A stretch of DNA of 64,000 nucleotides from Scyliorhinus canicula (lineage: Eukaryota), in contig NC_052167.1 of assembly GCF_902713615.1 (NCBI RefSeq), positions 3,286,001 to 3,350,000 of the forward strand. The letters are read 5' to 3'. A program made the position numbers and the translations under genes. Below the pieces are notes generated by a model. That model saw only the letters and a list, made by a program, of their open reading frames with translations, did not search any database and was not told the origin of the DNA. Positions 51,686 to 64,000 of this stretch are shown here, piece by piece (position 1 is the stretch's first letter; every line of letters begins with the position of its first letter).

Positions 51686-54637
51686 GTTATCACATCACTC
51701 CCGCATCAAGTCCGAATCATCCCCTCACTCGCACAGTGATGAGGCATCTTTACCGCTCGGCACAAGGCTTCGAGTTGGCAGCAGATGGAACCGGATCCAG
51801 GGGGAGGTGAAGTGGTTTGGAGATCGCCACTTCCTTGTTAAACGCTGAAGGGCCACAGCCGGAGGTTCATCGTTAATGCTGATCTCGAGCAGGGAATCAA
51901 TCTCTTCGGTCTCCATTTCGGATTCCGAATCTTCATTGTGGGAGGGGAACGACTCTCGTGTCCCCCATAGGCTGAGCCCCCTTGCCCGAGGTAGTCTCAA
52001 CGAGTGTTAAGGACATGGTCTCTGCTGAAATTGTCGTCGCTGGAGTACGTTCCCTGCTTCTCAGGTGGTCCAGGTGTTTTTTCACGGCCTTCCCTTGGAT
52101 GTTGAGTTTGGAAGAAACCAGTCTTTCCCAGCGAGACTGCTTGGCATCCAATGGGAACCATCTCCAAGGTTCCGCACATAGACAGCACCTCCTGTTCTGA
52201 AGATCCTTCCAGGTCTTCTGGTGTCATAGTTCCTTTTTTTGGGTCTCCTGTTTTGACTCCACCTCCCCTCCCAAGTTGGGAAATAGCAACCGAGTCTGGT
52301 GCGCCACATGGTTCTATAGTCAAAGAGGAACCAATCCAATTCCGCATCCAGGAAACCAGCCGGCTGTTTCTTCAATCTGCTTTTCAATGTTTGAACTGCT
52401 GTTTGGCCAGGCCAATAGACGATGAATAGTACGCCGGCACGGCACCGTTCGGATGTGTTCAATGCCGTTCGCCTTCATGAATGCCTGAAATTCTTCACTG
52501 GTAAAGGAGGTCCCATTGGATATGAGGATCTCTGATATGTCGTGTGTACAGAAACTTTGCCAGAGTTTCTTTATTGTGTGAGAAGTCATGGAGGACATAC
52601 GTACTTGTACTTCTAACCATTTCGAAAGGTCATCGATCCCAGGAACAGGCCAGCAAAGTCCATGTGTACCTGTACCCATTGTCTACCTGGGCATTCCCAT
52701 GGGGGAATTCTGGTTCTCCTGGCACAAGGAGCACAATTTCACCAGATTCTCAATGTCTGTATCGAGCACGGGCCACCAGATGTAGCTCCTTTCGAGCTTT
52801 TCCATCTTGGACACCCCGGGGTGTCCATTGCGCAGTTCCGTCAACATTGGGTGCCGACCTGGGTGGGGGGGTGGTGAATACTCGGGCCCCCACAGGATGA
52901 TGCCACCTTCTACAGTCAGCTCTTGTCATTCAGTGAGAAGGGCTTCATGTCATCGAATTCTGCCACTGAGGATCATGTGGAGCAATTTTGCCAATGTGGG
53001 ATCCGTCTGAGCCCACATTTCAATCTGGTTCAGGGCAAGGTATCCAGCGAGTTCTTCCAATGCCAGCAGAGGGCCCAAGCTTGTGGGCAGCAGGTGGCGA
53101 CTCATGCCATCCGTATGGCAATGTGCATTCCTGGGCAATACTCGAGAAAGTATTCGCAGGCCGCTAACAATAATGCCCAACGTATAATTCAAGCCGAGGC
53201 AATGGGGGGAATCGCTTTATCCTCTTTAAAAAAGGCCAGCATGGATTTATGGGCTGTTAAGATTGTGAAATGTCTGCTGTAGATGTGGGTGGAATTTCTC
53301 CACCTCAAAAATAACAGCTTTTTCAATCTGAGAATAACATCTTACCGCATCCGAAAAGGTTATCTCGGTGCCATTGACCCATCTGGACCCTCTGGAGCCA
53401 GACTCTGCCCAAGTGTCTGGGTCCTGGTCCTCGTACAACTATGAGTGGGAGTCGGCCATCTGCTTCACAGATGTAACCGGTGTCATGATGGTCCCCATAC
53501 AGTGGTTAGAGCTGTTGCTTCACAGCGCCAGGGTCCCAGGTTCAATTCCCACATAAGTCCCTGTCTGGGTGGAATCTGCGTTTTCTCCCCATGTCTGCGT
53601 GGGTTTCCTCCGGGTGCTCCTGTTTCCTCCCACAAGTCCCGAAAGACGTGCTTGTTAGGTGAATTGGACATTCTGAGTTCTCCCTCTGTGTACCTGAACA
53701 GGCGCCAGAGTGTTTCGACTCGGGACTTTTCGCAGTAACTTCATTGCAGTGTTAATGTAAGCCTACTTGTGACACTAATAAAGATTATTATTAATCTTCA
53801 ACGGTTCCCCTGTGTATGTGGCCAACCCGGCTCTGGTGTTTCGCAGGTCTGAGGGCAAGATGCCCATCCGGAAATGTCAGAAGGTCTGTTCCCTGACGTT
53901 GGAGACTGCGGTATCCACCTCCATTTCTAGGGAGCAAGACTGTTCTCTTTATCAGGGCAATCTAAGAGGTGTAGCTGGAATTTAGTGGCAGCATTTCGTC
54001 TTCTAAGGGCTGTTGGATAAGGCTCGAGCCTGAGGTGGCTTTAGCTTCTGGCCTGGGCAGCACGTGTACTGCTGACTCTTGCAGCCTTGCCCGGGCCGAT
54101 CCTTCGGCGAACACTTGTAGTCCTCCGGGGACTTCCTTGGTTCCTCTAGGGTTATCCGACCGTCTTTTGAGAATCCAGAATGTCCTGGCTGAATCTTGAG
54201 TTGGTGGTGGGTGAGGCACATGGAGCCTTTACTGGGAAAGTTGGACTTACCGTACGAGCGCCCACCCGTCACGGGTTTCCCGGGGTCCTCCCAGCCGTGT
54301 TGAATTGATAATGCTGGAGGGTTACGGATGGCTTTGGGTCAGAATGCTTCTTTACTACTTCCACAGACTCATTGAATGTTTTTGTGTCAGGGGCTGCAGG
54401 AAAAGTTAAATTCTTAGTAATGCTGAATGTCGGGGCCTTGCATGCTGTCAAAACGATTACTTTATGCCGATGCTATTGATGGGGACGAAGTAGCACAAGC
54501 GTTCAGCATACTGGGGCCAGTCCTCCACGTCCGCATCATAAGACTCTAGCTTCCCAAACAAAGGCATTTCTGGATTTTACTTTCTGCTTTGTTTCTTACC
54601 AGCGTTGTCGTCAGGGAGTTTTGAAAAAGCTGCTGAG

Positions 54638-54865
54638 GGGCGGCACGGTGGCGCAGTGGGTTAGCCCTGCAGCCTCACGGTGCCAAGGTCCCAGGTTCCA
54701 TCCCGCCTCTGGGTCACTGTCCGTGTGGAGTTTGCACGTTCTCCCCGTGTTTGCGTGGGTTTCACCCTCGCAACCCAAAGATGTGCAGGTTAGGCAGATT
54801 GACCACGCTAAATTGCCCCTTAATTGGGAAAAATGATTTGGGTACTCTAAATTTATTAAAAAAAA
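54638..54865 (+). mobile_element. A-tailed V-SINE subfamily (type D); representative of many copies (e.g. ~6982, 24570, 24961, 31680, 44280, 45330, 47851, 48948, 62590)
   Basis: Shortened V-domain (gggtttcaccctcgcaacccaaag); tail aattgccccttaattgg(A)n..gggtactctaaattt(A)n; 15-bp TSD gaaaaRgctgctgag. Confidence 0.85.
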
Positions 54866-57696
54866 GAAAAGGCTGCTGAGAATCCTGTGTTCGATTCGCG
54901 TTGCCAGTGTAATAATTCCAGGAGGTGCCGAAAGGCCAAATTGGTCTATTTTTTAGCTGAAAGGAATGGTGCACACAAAACAAACATCTGAGCCCAGGAC
55001 TACCGGGAACAGCTACATTCATAGGTCCTGCTAACGAACCCCAGCTGGGCAGGCCGCCGCCTACTCACCACATGAACTCCTACGAAGCCCATGGGGAGAT
55101 CAATCAATCATCCCCCATGGTTCTCGTGAGGGTTATCTCACCCCCTTTCTCTTCAATCTGCTTTGGGTCTGTTGGGACTAAGATGCATGGTGACGAGTCA
55201 ATAGGCAAATTCCTTTGAAAATGAGAGAATAATGTTGAACAATTCAGGGTGATGACAATCCACATTTCTGCAAAGGCTGAATTCATTACAGGGGGTGTGC
55301 ATAGCTTCATATCGATGTTTTTCAAACTCTTCCGTTTGCGGACTCACCTGAAAATATCAGTGATGTCCCAGGTGCCCAGTGTAAGTATGAAGCCACTCGC
55401 AGGGACCCAGAGCACGTGAGTCCGCTGGGGCACTCCTGCGGTATAACGTGTCCTTACAGCAACAGCACTGCTAAGAGATTGATTTCCCCTTTAAAGCAGG
55501 GATGATTACACCAGGGCTGCCTTAAGCCAGGAACAAATTGGGGCTTTGTTTTGCAAGGAAAGAAAGACTGATTATTCAACAAAGGAGATTTGTGCACGCA
55601 GTACGGATGAGCTGCTTGCTGGTCACACTCGTGATAGGTTTTACAGAATCTTAGTTTGCAAACCTCCATTAATCCTCCAAACTGGAGAGCTTTACAGATT
55701 CTCGGTGCGAAGGTAACACAAAATACATTATTAGCGTAACTCGGGGGAATTGTTTTGAAAAAGTTATGCATTTTAGTTAATTGCAGACATTAAAAAAATG
55801 CAAAAGAATCTGTCTTCTCACAGATGCTATTCGGCATGGTGCATGTTTTAGGCTTTTTTAGATTTCCAGCATTCACAAGTTGTTTTAAATCTGGATAGAT
55901 TATTTACCTCTGCCCACTCCCTTCACAAATCCTTCAAAATCATTGTCTTTATGGTTATCCTCACCTTCCTCTTCCTTCCAAACTCTCTCTTCCCTTGACC
56001 TCTTGTGCGCAATCTCTTCCTTCCTTTGTCCCAGCCTACCCGGTGGCCATCTCCTCGACCATTAGGCCGCATGGTCTGAATTCTCTCCTAGAACCCCTCT
56101 GCTTCTCCACCTCCTTCTCCTTGACGTCCCGACATTAAACCAGGCTTTTTGGGCCAATCCACTCCCTCTCTCTTTTTTAACCTCCTTCAGCCCCCGACAA
56201 CCCTCCCCAGACCTCTGATTCTCACCTTCTGTATGTGCCTGATTTTCACTATTGGGTGGCTAAGCTTTCAGCTCCGATGGTACTGAGCTCTGGAATCCCC
56301 TTCCTAAACCACTCCATCCCTCTTCCTCTTCTCCTTTAAGATATTCCTTGAAACCTACTTCTTTGACCAAGGTTTAATTCATGTGTCCTAATATCTCCCC
56401 ATGTGGCTGGATTTCAAATTTTGTCCACTAATTCTTCTGTGAAGTGCCTCGGAATGTTTTACAATATTAAAGACTAGATGAACACTAGCTGCTGCTGAGA
56501 CAGCAGGTGGAGGGGCTCTAGATTTCTTAAGACGTGGAACCCACAGCCTTCCCCGATGCCCGAAGGCAAGATGGGGGGGTGAAGAAATTTGTCCTGCCAC
56601 AAATTCTGTGATTTGTGTTGAGGGAATGGTTAAAATCTGGTCTTGCAGCCAGTCGCTGGGGGGGTAGTGGATGAACCAACATCCTGTTTTACATTTGACC
56701 AGAGGGCATATGGTTTCATAGAATTCCTACAGTGCAGAAGGAGGCCATTTGGTCCATCGAGTCAGCATTGACCCTCTGAAAGAGCAACCAACCTAGGCCC
56801 ACTCCCCCGCCCTATTCCCATGACCCCATAACCCCACCTGACCTACACATCTTTGGACATTATGGGGCAATTTAGAATGGCCAATCCACCAGACCTGCAC
56901 ATCTTTGGACTGTGGAAGGAAACCAAAGCACCCAGAGGAAACCAACGTAGACCCGGGGAGAAAACGGAAACTTCAAGGCTGAAATTGAACCCAGGTCCCT
57001 GGCACTGTGAGGCAGCAGTGCTAACCACTGCCACAGTGCCGTCCCTGTGACACAGGAGTAACGGGTTCTGCAAGGGGTTATATGATTAGGAGGTGGTGAA
57101 GGAGATTGTAAGAGGGTGAGGCTTGGGTTCTATATCCAGCCGAGCTGTTGGCAGGGGATTAGTAAACTATTTCTTTATCCAGGCTGGATCGTCTACGTTT
57201 TGCTTGGGGGAGTCAGGAAGGGAAGAGGAATCTACAGCATATTTTGATGAAGGGGCATAACTATTTCCAAATCGCGTGTTGCGTTTAGGTCTTTACAGTG
57301 CTATTGAGGAACTTGTCCTACATTCATCCTCGTGTTTCTGTTGCATATTCACTACTCTCTGTTGTGCGAACGGTAATAAAGCAACAAAGCCTGCTGAGAG
57401 TCACCAGAGGGCATGAATATAAATGAGTGCCAATGTATTCAGTCTCCTGCTTGAGTAAACAGTTTTAAATAGTTTCTTTCCAAGGCCAGTGAAAGATTGG
57501 AACAGTATCTCTCAGGAGATTATGACGCACTCTTAAATTGATGTTTGTTAGGCAAGCATCGTGTGGTTTACATGATGAGCACTAACGAGAAGTAAAGTAA
57601 TTAATGTTAATCGTGCAGTAGGTTAAGCACAGTTCCACCTGTTTCTCATTTATTTGCCTCCATAGAATTAAGGAAATGCTTCACAATATTTTAAGA

Positions 57697-58909
57697 TTGT
57701 GCTATTCAACCTTTCTTTCCCGGGGCCCACTTTTGCCAGCCGGCCGACCTTCGTGACCCATGCCAGCCGACCTTCACGACCCACGCCGGCTGACCTCCGC
57801 GACCCACGCCGACCGACCTTCATGACAGATGCCAAGGTTCTCTAACCTTTAATGTGAAAGGGGAGCCTGGTTGGTCCTCATGATCACATTCCAATGAGGT
57901 TCACAGGAGGAGAGGGCAATGCGCATATCAGTTGCAGAGTTCAGCCAGTTCCTTTGTGCCATTTTCATTTTTGTGAGAACGGAAAATTAGACCTCGCAAA
58001 TGTAGGTTGTCATGAAGGACAATAGCAACAAAATGCTTGTTTTACTCAGCACTGGATACTCCTGGGGGAGGCTACTCCAGAATGCCGACAGCCTCGTGGG
58101 CTTTTGCCATGTTTTTAATGCGCTGTCACTGGTCAGGTAGAGCAGCGTAGTCTTTTCATTTGGAGTCAGCTGTAAGTTAATAACTGATGCTGGGGTCTCA
58201 GCCTCAAAAGGAATTTTTTACCCTACACTTCTGTCTCAAAATCTGAAACTTCTCTCAATTGCCAGTACTTGACTGCATATAACACACATGGGCGTTTCAT
58301 CTTTACTTGCATTGGCACAATTGACAAAACCATACCTCAAGAAATCATCATTATACTGCTTTGTTCCTGAGTTAAGTTTCTTATTTGTAGGTTGTTAACC
58401 AGAGGCCTCGGAGCTCTGCACAGAGCTAACACTAGCACTGCTCTCCTGCCCTGGACTCTCCTGAGCAGAGCTCTCCAGCAGATTCTGTTGTGGGATCCTG
58501 GCCAGTTGGTACACTGCCTATTTCTGACTCTGGCCATCTCTTACTTGCAAGAAATGCGATTCATCTTCACAGTCCTCTTGCCCTGCTTGCCGGCAGCTAG
58601 AAAATGGAAGAAGCTCTCCTCTGTGATTTGGCAACAAAAGCACGTACATACAGGGAGCTTGATGTCAAGTATATGTGCAGGGCGCGTGCCCTGCTCACTG
58701 CTGCCACCTCTGGCCGGAAGATTGCACACACCCTAATTTTCTTCTCATTTAAATGGCGGCAGCGGACGCTATTCTCAATAACAATGGCGGTAGCAGCTGT
58801 TGGGCGCTACTTCTGGGATCGGGACCCCCATAGGAAAGCCTCTACCAATCGCTCCATCGCCCGACTACAACCACCCCACAGGTCATGCCCCGCTCTTAGA
58901 AAAACCCTG
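57697..58909 (-). mobile_element. Internally deleted hAT (Charlie/Buster-like) DNA transposon
   Basis: Minus-strand remnants FLRYGFVNC..PMCVICSQVLA (N-terminal Zn finger) and LLLLSFMTTYICEV*FSVLTKMK..RNWL..DMRIALS (hAT dimerisation domain); degenerate TIRs; ~21-bp subterminal tandem repeats at 57736-57830; ttttaaga on both flanks. Confidence 0.75.
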
Positions 58910-59744
58910 TTTTTAAGACCTATTTTCTTTAAATCCGATTAAACCTAACCTGCAGACTTTCTCTATTTAGCAGTTTCACATATTGTAAATAAAAATAAAT
59001 ATCTTTTAATTGCCTGAGTTTTCTGCTTTCCTTCATGCTTTTCTTATTATTTTCAATTGCCACGTTGCCTCACTTGGCAGCACTCTCATCTGTAGATCGG
59101 AAGATTGCAGGTTCAAACCTACTCCAGACTCGGAACACCTAATCTAAGCTAACCGTTGAGTGCAGTGCCAAGGGAGTGCGGCACCGTCAAGGGTGCTGTA
59201 CTTCGGATACGTTGTGAAACATGTTCTGCAGGATAGGAAGCCATTGGAACTGGCGGAGTGGCCACGGTGCTCCAGGTAGGGAACAGAGAGCAGTGCCTCG
59301 GAGGTGGACTGTGAAAGAGAGGTACACAAGAGCAATGGAGTGGTCAGAACTAGCGAAGACAGCTGAGGAATTAAGGAGGGAGGTCGCACCATGACCGCAG
59401 TGACGTAGGGTATCTTGATAATTGTAGGGTTTTGAAGTTGGAAGGTAACATTGATCGAGGACTTTAGGAAGACCTTTTTCCTGCTGCCAGATAACCTGCT
59501 GCTTTAAAGAAAATGTTTTAATTGTCTAACGGCAAATGGAAGATTCCAATATGGCGAGTTAAACCACAGGATCATCGTCTTCAGCAAGGTGAAGTCTACA
59601 AGTTTAGAACTGCACGGAGCCGTTCCAAATTCAGTAAACTGTACATCCACCCATTTATTTATTATTTGTTTTATTCCTTTAACAGAGTTACATAGCCAGA
59701 GCTCTCAGCTCTTGCCTGCTCCAAAAAGCAATTCATGGTCCCCT

Positions 59745-59745
<1 letters not shown>

Positions 59746-59776
<31 letters not shown>
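59746..59776. repeat. (AG)n microsatellite; a (TA)n tract also lies at ~38310-38348
   Basis: Directly visible. Confidence 0.9.
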
Positions 59777-59779
<3 letters not shown>

Positions 59780-60128
59780 CACCAGATCCAGGTGACTTCA
59801 CTCACCTGACCTCACGATCACCTTAGCCAAAAGGCCAAGATGCGATCGACGTCCATTTGTGGATGTTAGCACATCTCCGAGACAGAGTTGCAGCCTCTGA
59901 AGTCCTTTGCAGCACGCTTTATTTTTTGCAACGCCTTTGCTTATTTTTGTAACTGACAATGTCGCTGAACAATGCAATCCCATCTCTCGGGGATGCAGTC
60001 GGTGCAGGCCTGTGTCGCCATTTTCTGCATCAGTCCAACATGTCTGCTGGGGAGTCCTGCAGAAAGCCTCAGTCCTGTTTCGTCTGTGTGGTGAATCATA
60101 ATAGCATAATTCACACTGTTATCACACA

Positions 60129-60406
60129 TGTTGTACCATGCCTCTGTAAGCTCGGCACACGAGCAGTTGCGCAGCTCTGCCTCTAGGGGGAGGTGTACTG
60201 GGAATGTACGGAAGTTTGTACTGGGCCCCACCCTTGGCTCCGCCCATGACTCCTCCCCCCTCCCACTGGTTGTATAAAGCTTGGCAGTCGGAGCCTGCCT
60301 GCCAGTTCATCTAGAGTTCATCTCGTCACAGGCAGGCTCTGTTGTAAGACGATTAAAACCACTGTTCACTTCTAACCTCGTGTCGCGTGAATTGATGGTC
60401 TCATCA
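60129..60406 (+). mobile_element. Probable solo LTR
   Basis: TGTTG...CATCA termini, TATAAA at ~60273 and ATTAAA at ~60352; no matching TSD found. Confidence 0.45.
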
Positions 60407-61327
60407 GTCTGCTCATGCAGCTCTTTCCCAGTTGATGGCATAAACTGAACATCCATCGCTTGTAAGCAAAAGTTTAGATGTAGGTTTAATCATAACTAAA
60501 GGAGAGCCTAACATTCATACAGCCCCTTCCATAACCTTGGTATACTCCTAACGCGCTCCACAGCCGATCTAGCACTGCTTTTGAAGTATAGTCACCATTG
60601 TAACATAGGAAGTACATTAGCTCAAACCTGGGCTTGTGGACTGTGTTTCATTGGAGCTCTTGCCACCCTGTCACGATAACGCAGTTCCCACAGCGGCGGA
60701 GCAAGAGAAAGTCTCAAGAAATTCACTGCCATCCCCACCACTTTACCGCGTGTCAGACTGCGCTAAGTGCTCTGAACGAGCGTACTTCAGTCAGATTTCT
60801 CCCAAGTTACTTTTGTGGACTCCCACTGACCAGTTCAATAGAATTATACAAGCCTCACAGCAGGGACGGAGGCATGGAGGCAGGTATCTGCGCGGCCGAA
60901 GAAACGGGCCACCCAGCATGATTCCATTCTCCTGTCCAAAGCTCTGCAGGTTACTGCACTTCGGCTGCTTATAAATCAGATGTGGTTTTCTGTTTCTACT
61001 ACCTTTCAGAAGTGGGTCCTCAACCACTATTACCCTCTGTCTGCGTGGGTTTCCTCCGGGTGCTCCGGTTTCCTCCCACAATCCAAAAATGTGAAGATTA
61101 GGTGGATTTGCCACGCTAAATTGCCCCTTGTGTCCAGAAGGTTAGGTGGGTTTACTGGGTTACAGGGGTAGGATGGGACTGTGGGCGTGGGCCTAGGTCG
61201 GGTGCTCTTTCCAAGGGACAGTACAGACTCGATGGGCTGAATTCCCTCTTCCTGCACTGTATGGATTCTATGGATAGAGACTCAGAAGACGGGGCGCAAA
61301 TAGTTAAGGAGAATAATGCATGAGTGA

Positions 61328-61630
61328 TAAAAGCAAATTACCATGGATGCTGGAATCTGAAACAAAAGCAGAAAATGCTGGACAAACTCAGCAGGCCTGA
61401 CAGCATCTGTGGAGAGAGTAAACGGAGCTAACGTTTCGAGTCCGGATGACTCTTTGTCAAAGCTAGCGAGAACTGGAAATGGGGTCAGATTTATACTGTT
61501 GCGGAGGTGGGGGAGGTGCAGCGATAGGTGGAGACCGACAGATGTGGACAAAAAAGGCAAAGGGAATGTAAATAGTGGCTAAGAAGGCTGCTGATAGTGG
61601 CAATTTGAGATCAGAATGTGTGAATGGCAG
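61328..61630. mobile_element. Dispersed repeat fragment, possibly a Penelope-like element end; also at ~30332-30425 and 45185-45310
   Basis: Three copies of gaaaatgctgga..ctcagcaggtctgRcagcatctgtgga..aacgtttcgagtc; the class assignment is inferred. Confidence 0.45.
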
Positions 61631-62997
61631 AATTCATGATGTGCACTTATGATCTTGCACGTTTTTAGAAAAACTGTTTTAGAACATAGAACAGTACAGC
61701 ACAGAACAGGCCCTTCGGCCCTCAATGTTGTGCCGAGAATTGATCACCCTACTCAAACCCACCCTATACCCGTAACCCAACAACCCCCCCCCCCCCCCCC
61801 TTAACCTTACTTTTATTAGGACACTACGGGCAATTTATCACGGCCAATCCACCTAACCTGCACATCTTTGGACTGTGGGAGGAAACCGGAGCACCCGGAG
61901 GAAACCCACACACACAGGGGGAGGACGATCAGACTCCACACAGACAGTGACCCAGCCAGGAATCGAACCTGGGACCCTGGAGCTGTGAAGCATTTATGCT
62001 AACCACCATGCTACCGTGCTGCCCCCAACGTGGGTCACGTGGGTTTTGAGGGTCACATTTTTAAAATTCCTTTGATTGAGTTTAAAGATGTTCTCAAATT
62101 GGCTCCAGACTACCCGACAGAAGTGTAGATTTCAATCCTCTTTCTCTTACCTCCCGAGGAGACCAGGATGCATTCCTCAGACATATATACACGTAAAATC
62201 TAACGAGTGCTCTGAAAGAGTGAACAAAAACTCATAGACTTGATGGCTTTTCCACAAAAGATGCAAACTGATAAGGCACCAAAATGTGTGAACAGCCCAT
62301 GACCCTTTTCATCACTAGGTAAAGAGATTTTGGATGACTAATGAAATTCCCACTTGCCTAGAAAGTGACTCAGCATTGTTGTATAGGTCACATGATAATG
62401 GTGGCCACCTTGTCTTAACCTGCACATCTTTGGGTTGTGGGGGTGAGACCCACGCAGACACGGGGAGAATGTGCAAACTCCACACGGACAGTGACCCCGG
62501 GGCAGGGATCGAACCCAGGTCCTCAGAGCCGTGAGGCAGCAGTGCTAACCACTGCACTACCGTGCAGGCCTGCACTGAATTTGGATTATTAATTTTTAAT
62601 TTTAAAAATAAATTTAGAGCACCCAATTTTGTTTTTCCAATTAAGGGGCAATTTAGCGTGGTCAATCCACCTAACCTGCACATCTTTTGGTTGTGGGGGT
62701 GAAACCCACGCAAACACGGGGCGAATGTGCAAACCCTACATGGACAGTGACCCAGAGCCGGGATTCGAACCCGGGTCCTCAACGCCGCAGTCCCAGTGCT
62801 AACCACTGCGCCACGTGCCGCCCCTAAATTTGGATTATCCATGATTTATATTTGTAGGTGTTGTTTTATCTTCATTTGTAACTAATCTTTGTTTGTATCT
62901 GTTAGTAACATTATCGTTTCTAAAGTAGCTTGTGTGAAATTAACTAACTTTTTCCTTTTCAAGGAAAAAAAGCTTTACCGCTGGGTTAGTTTAAATT

Positions 62998-63215
62998 GGG
63001 GTCCGGTTTAGCTCAGTTGGCTGGACAGCTGGTTCATGATGTGGAGCGACGCCAGCAGCGTGGGTTCAATTCCCGTACCGGCTGAGGTTATTCATGAAGG
63101 TCCCGCCTTCTCAACCTCACCCCTCGCCTGAGGTCTGGTGATCCTCAGGTTAAATCACCACCACTCCGCTCTCCCTCCTCAAAAGGGAGTTTATGGTTCT
63201 CTGGGATTGTGACAA
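62998..63215 (+). mobile_element. tRNA-derived SINE of a further family
   Basis: gggtccggtttagctcagttgg (A box) and gggttcaattccc (B box), followed by a non-tRNA body. Confidence 0.6.
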
Positions 63216-64000
63216 CTTTATTTTCATTATAAATAGAATTCATTAACTCCATAAGTAAGAACATACATGTACACACACACGCATGTTCAAATACATTGGC
63301 GGCATGGGGGGGCTCATCGCTGCCTCCCAGCGCTAAGGACCAGTGTTCAATTCTTGCCTTTGGTGACTGTGTGGAGTTTGTACATTCTCTCTGTGTCTGC
63401 AAAGGTTTCCTCCCAGAGATGTGCAGGTTAGATGGATTGGTCATAGATGATCAATGCACAGGGTTGTGGGGAGAGGGCGGGAGAGTGGACTTGGGTGGAA
63501 TGCTCTTTCAGAGGGTCAGTGCAGACTCGATGGGCCAAATGGCCTCTTTCTGCACTGCAGGAATTCTGTGGATGACTTTCAGGAAGCACCTTTAAAGCAT
63601 CTGTGACACAAGGAATGTCGAAGCAGCAATTGAAGCTAAAGCAGATCGCATTTGTATAGCGCCTTTCATGACCTCTGGCTGTCCCAAAGCACTTTACCCC
63701 CAATTAACTACTTTTTGAAGGGTAGGCACTGTTATAATGATCCGAATAGAATTTGTTCATTATGAGCATTCCAGTCCAGTCCATTCACAAGGGCTTCCCT
63801 GCATTTTGGGTCCTGCAGTGCACACACATCAGAGATGCACAAAGCTGATTGGTGCTTGGGGGGAGATACAGGGTGTGAAGGTGCACTGTGATGGAGGCAA
63901 ATTAGGCGAGTTGGGTCCTTTTTGCGAGTTATGCAACGTTATCAGGCTATGTCTTTTCAGCATGTTGGATTTCGGAACGTGCTCTGATTCTTAATCGCTC

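Larger units (their letters stand above)
50387..55140 (-). mobile_element. Old, degraded Gypsy-type LTR retrotransposon (LTRs ~54908-55140 and ~50387-51694, the latter split by a nested element)
   Basis: Diverged terminal repeats sharing catggggagatcaatca..gtgagggttat; PBS-like tggcaacg (54906 down); PPT gggagtga; gag start MPLFGKLESYDADVEDWPQYAERL; integrase remnant SKWLEV..NGTSFTSEEFQAFMKANGIEHIRT. Confidence 0.8.

Noticed and set aside
62998-63080. tRNA genes at SINE 5' ends (also ~18711 and 38140)
   Set aside because: A/B boxes are present but there is no convincing cloverleaf, and the sequence continues into a SINE body.
49738-64000. Further ASCC1 exons (expected GIEYMNDDP-like segment)
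   Set aside because: No matching coding segment with splice sites was found by eye; it probably lies beyond the window.

Overview
This is eukaryotic (vertebrate) genomic DNA. The repeat content (HE1/V-SINE-like SINEs, CR1, L2, RTE and L1 LINEs) points to a cartilaginous fish, probably a shark; that assignment is inferred. Three spliced genes can be traced exon by exon with canonical splice sites and consistent phases. (1) DNAJB12 on +: six coding exons at 1586-9950, with the N-terminal exons upstream of the window. (2) ANAPC16 on -: complete 105-aa CDS in three exons at 19575-16642. (3) ASCC1 on +: first five coding exons at 24266-49737, with the remainder not found in the window. ANAPC16 and ASCC1 lie head-to-head across a CpG island. 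DDIT4, which sits between ANAPC16 and DNAJB12 in human, is not visible here. The introns are packed with mobile DNA: a near-full-length CR1 with an esterase ORF1, an L1-type element lacking its endonuclease, an RTE remnant, an old Gypsy element carrying a nested ~1-kb TRIM-like LTR element, solo LTRs, a deleted hAT/Charlie transposon, a tailless U6 retrocopy and dozens of SINEs. The most interesting pattern is modular SINE tail-swapping. One V-SINE head/core occurs with at least four different 3' ends, including an A-tailed subfamily with 12-16-bp target-site duplications that looks mobilised by L1 rather than CR1. There is no CRISPR array or prokaryotic system.
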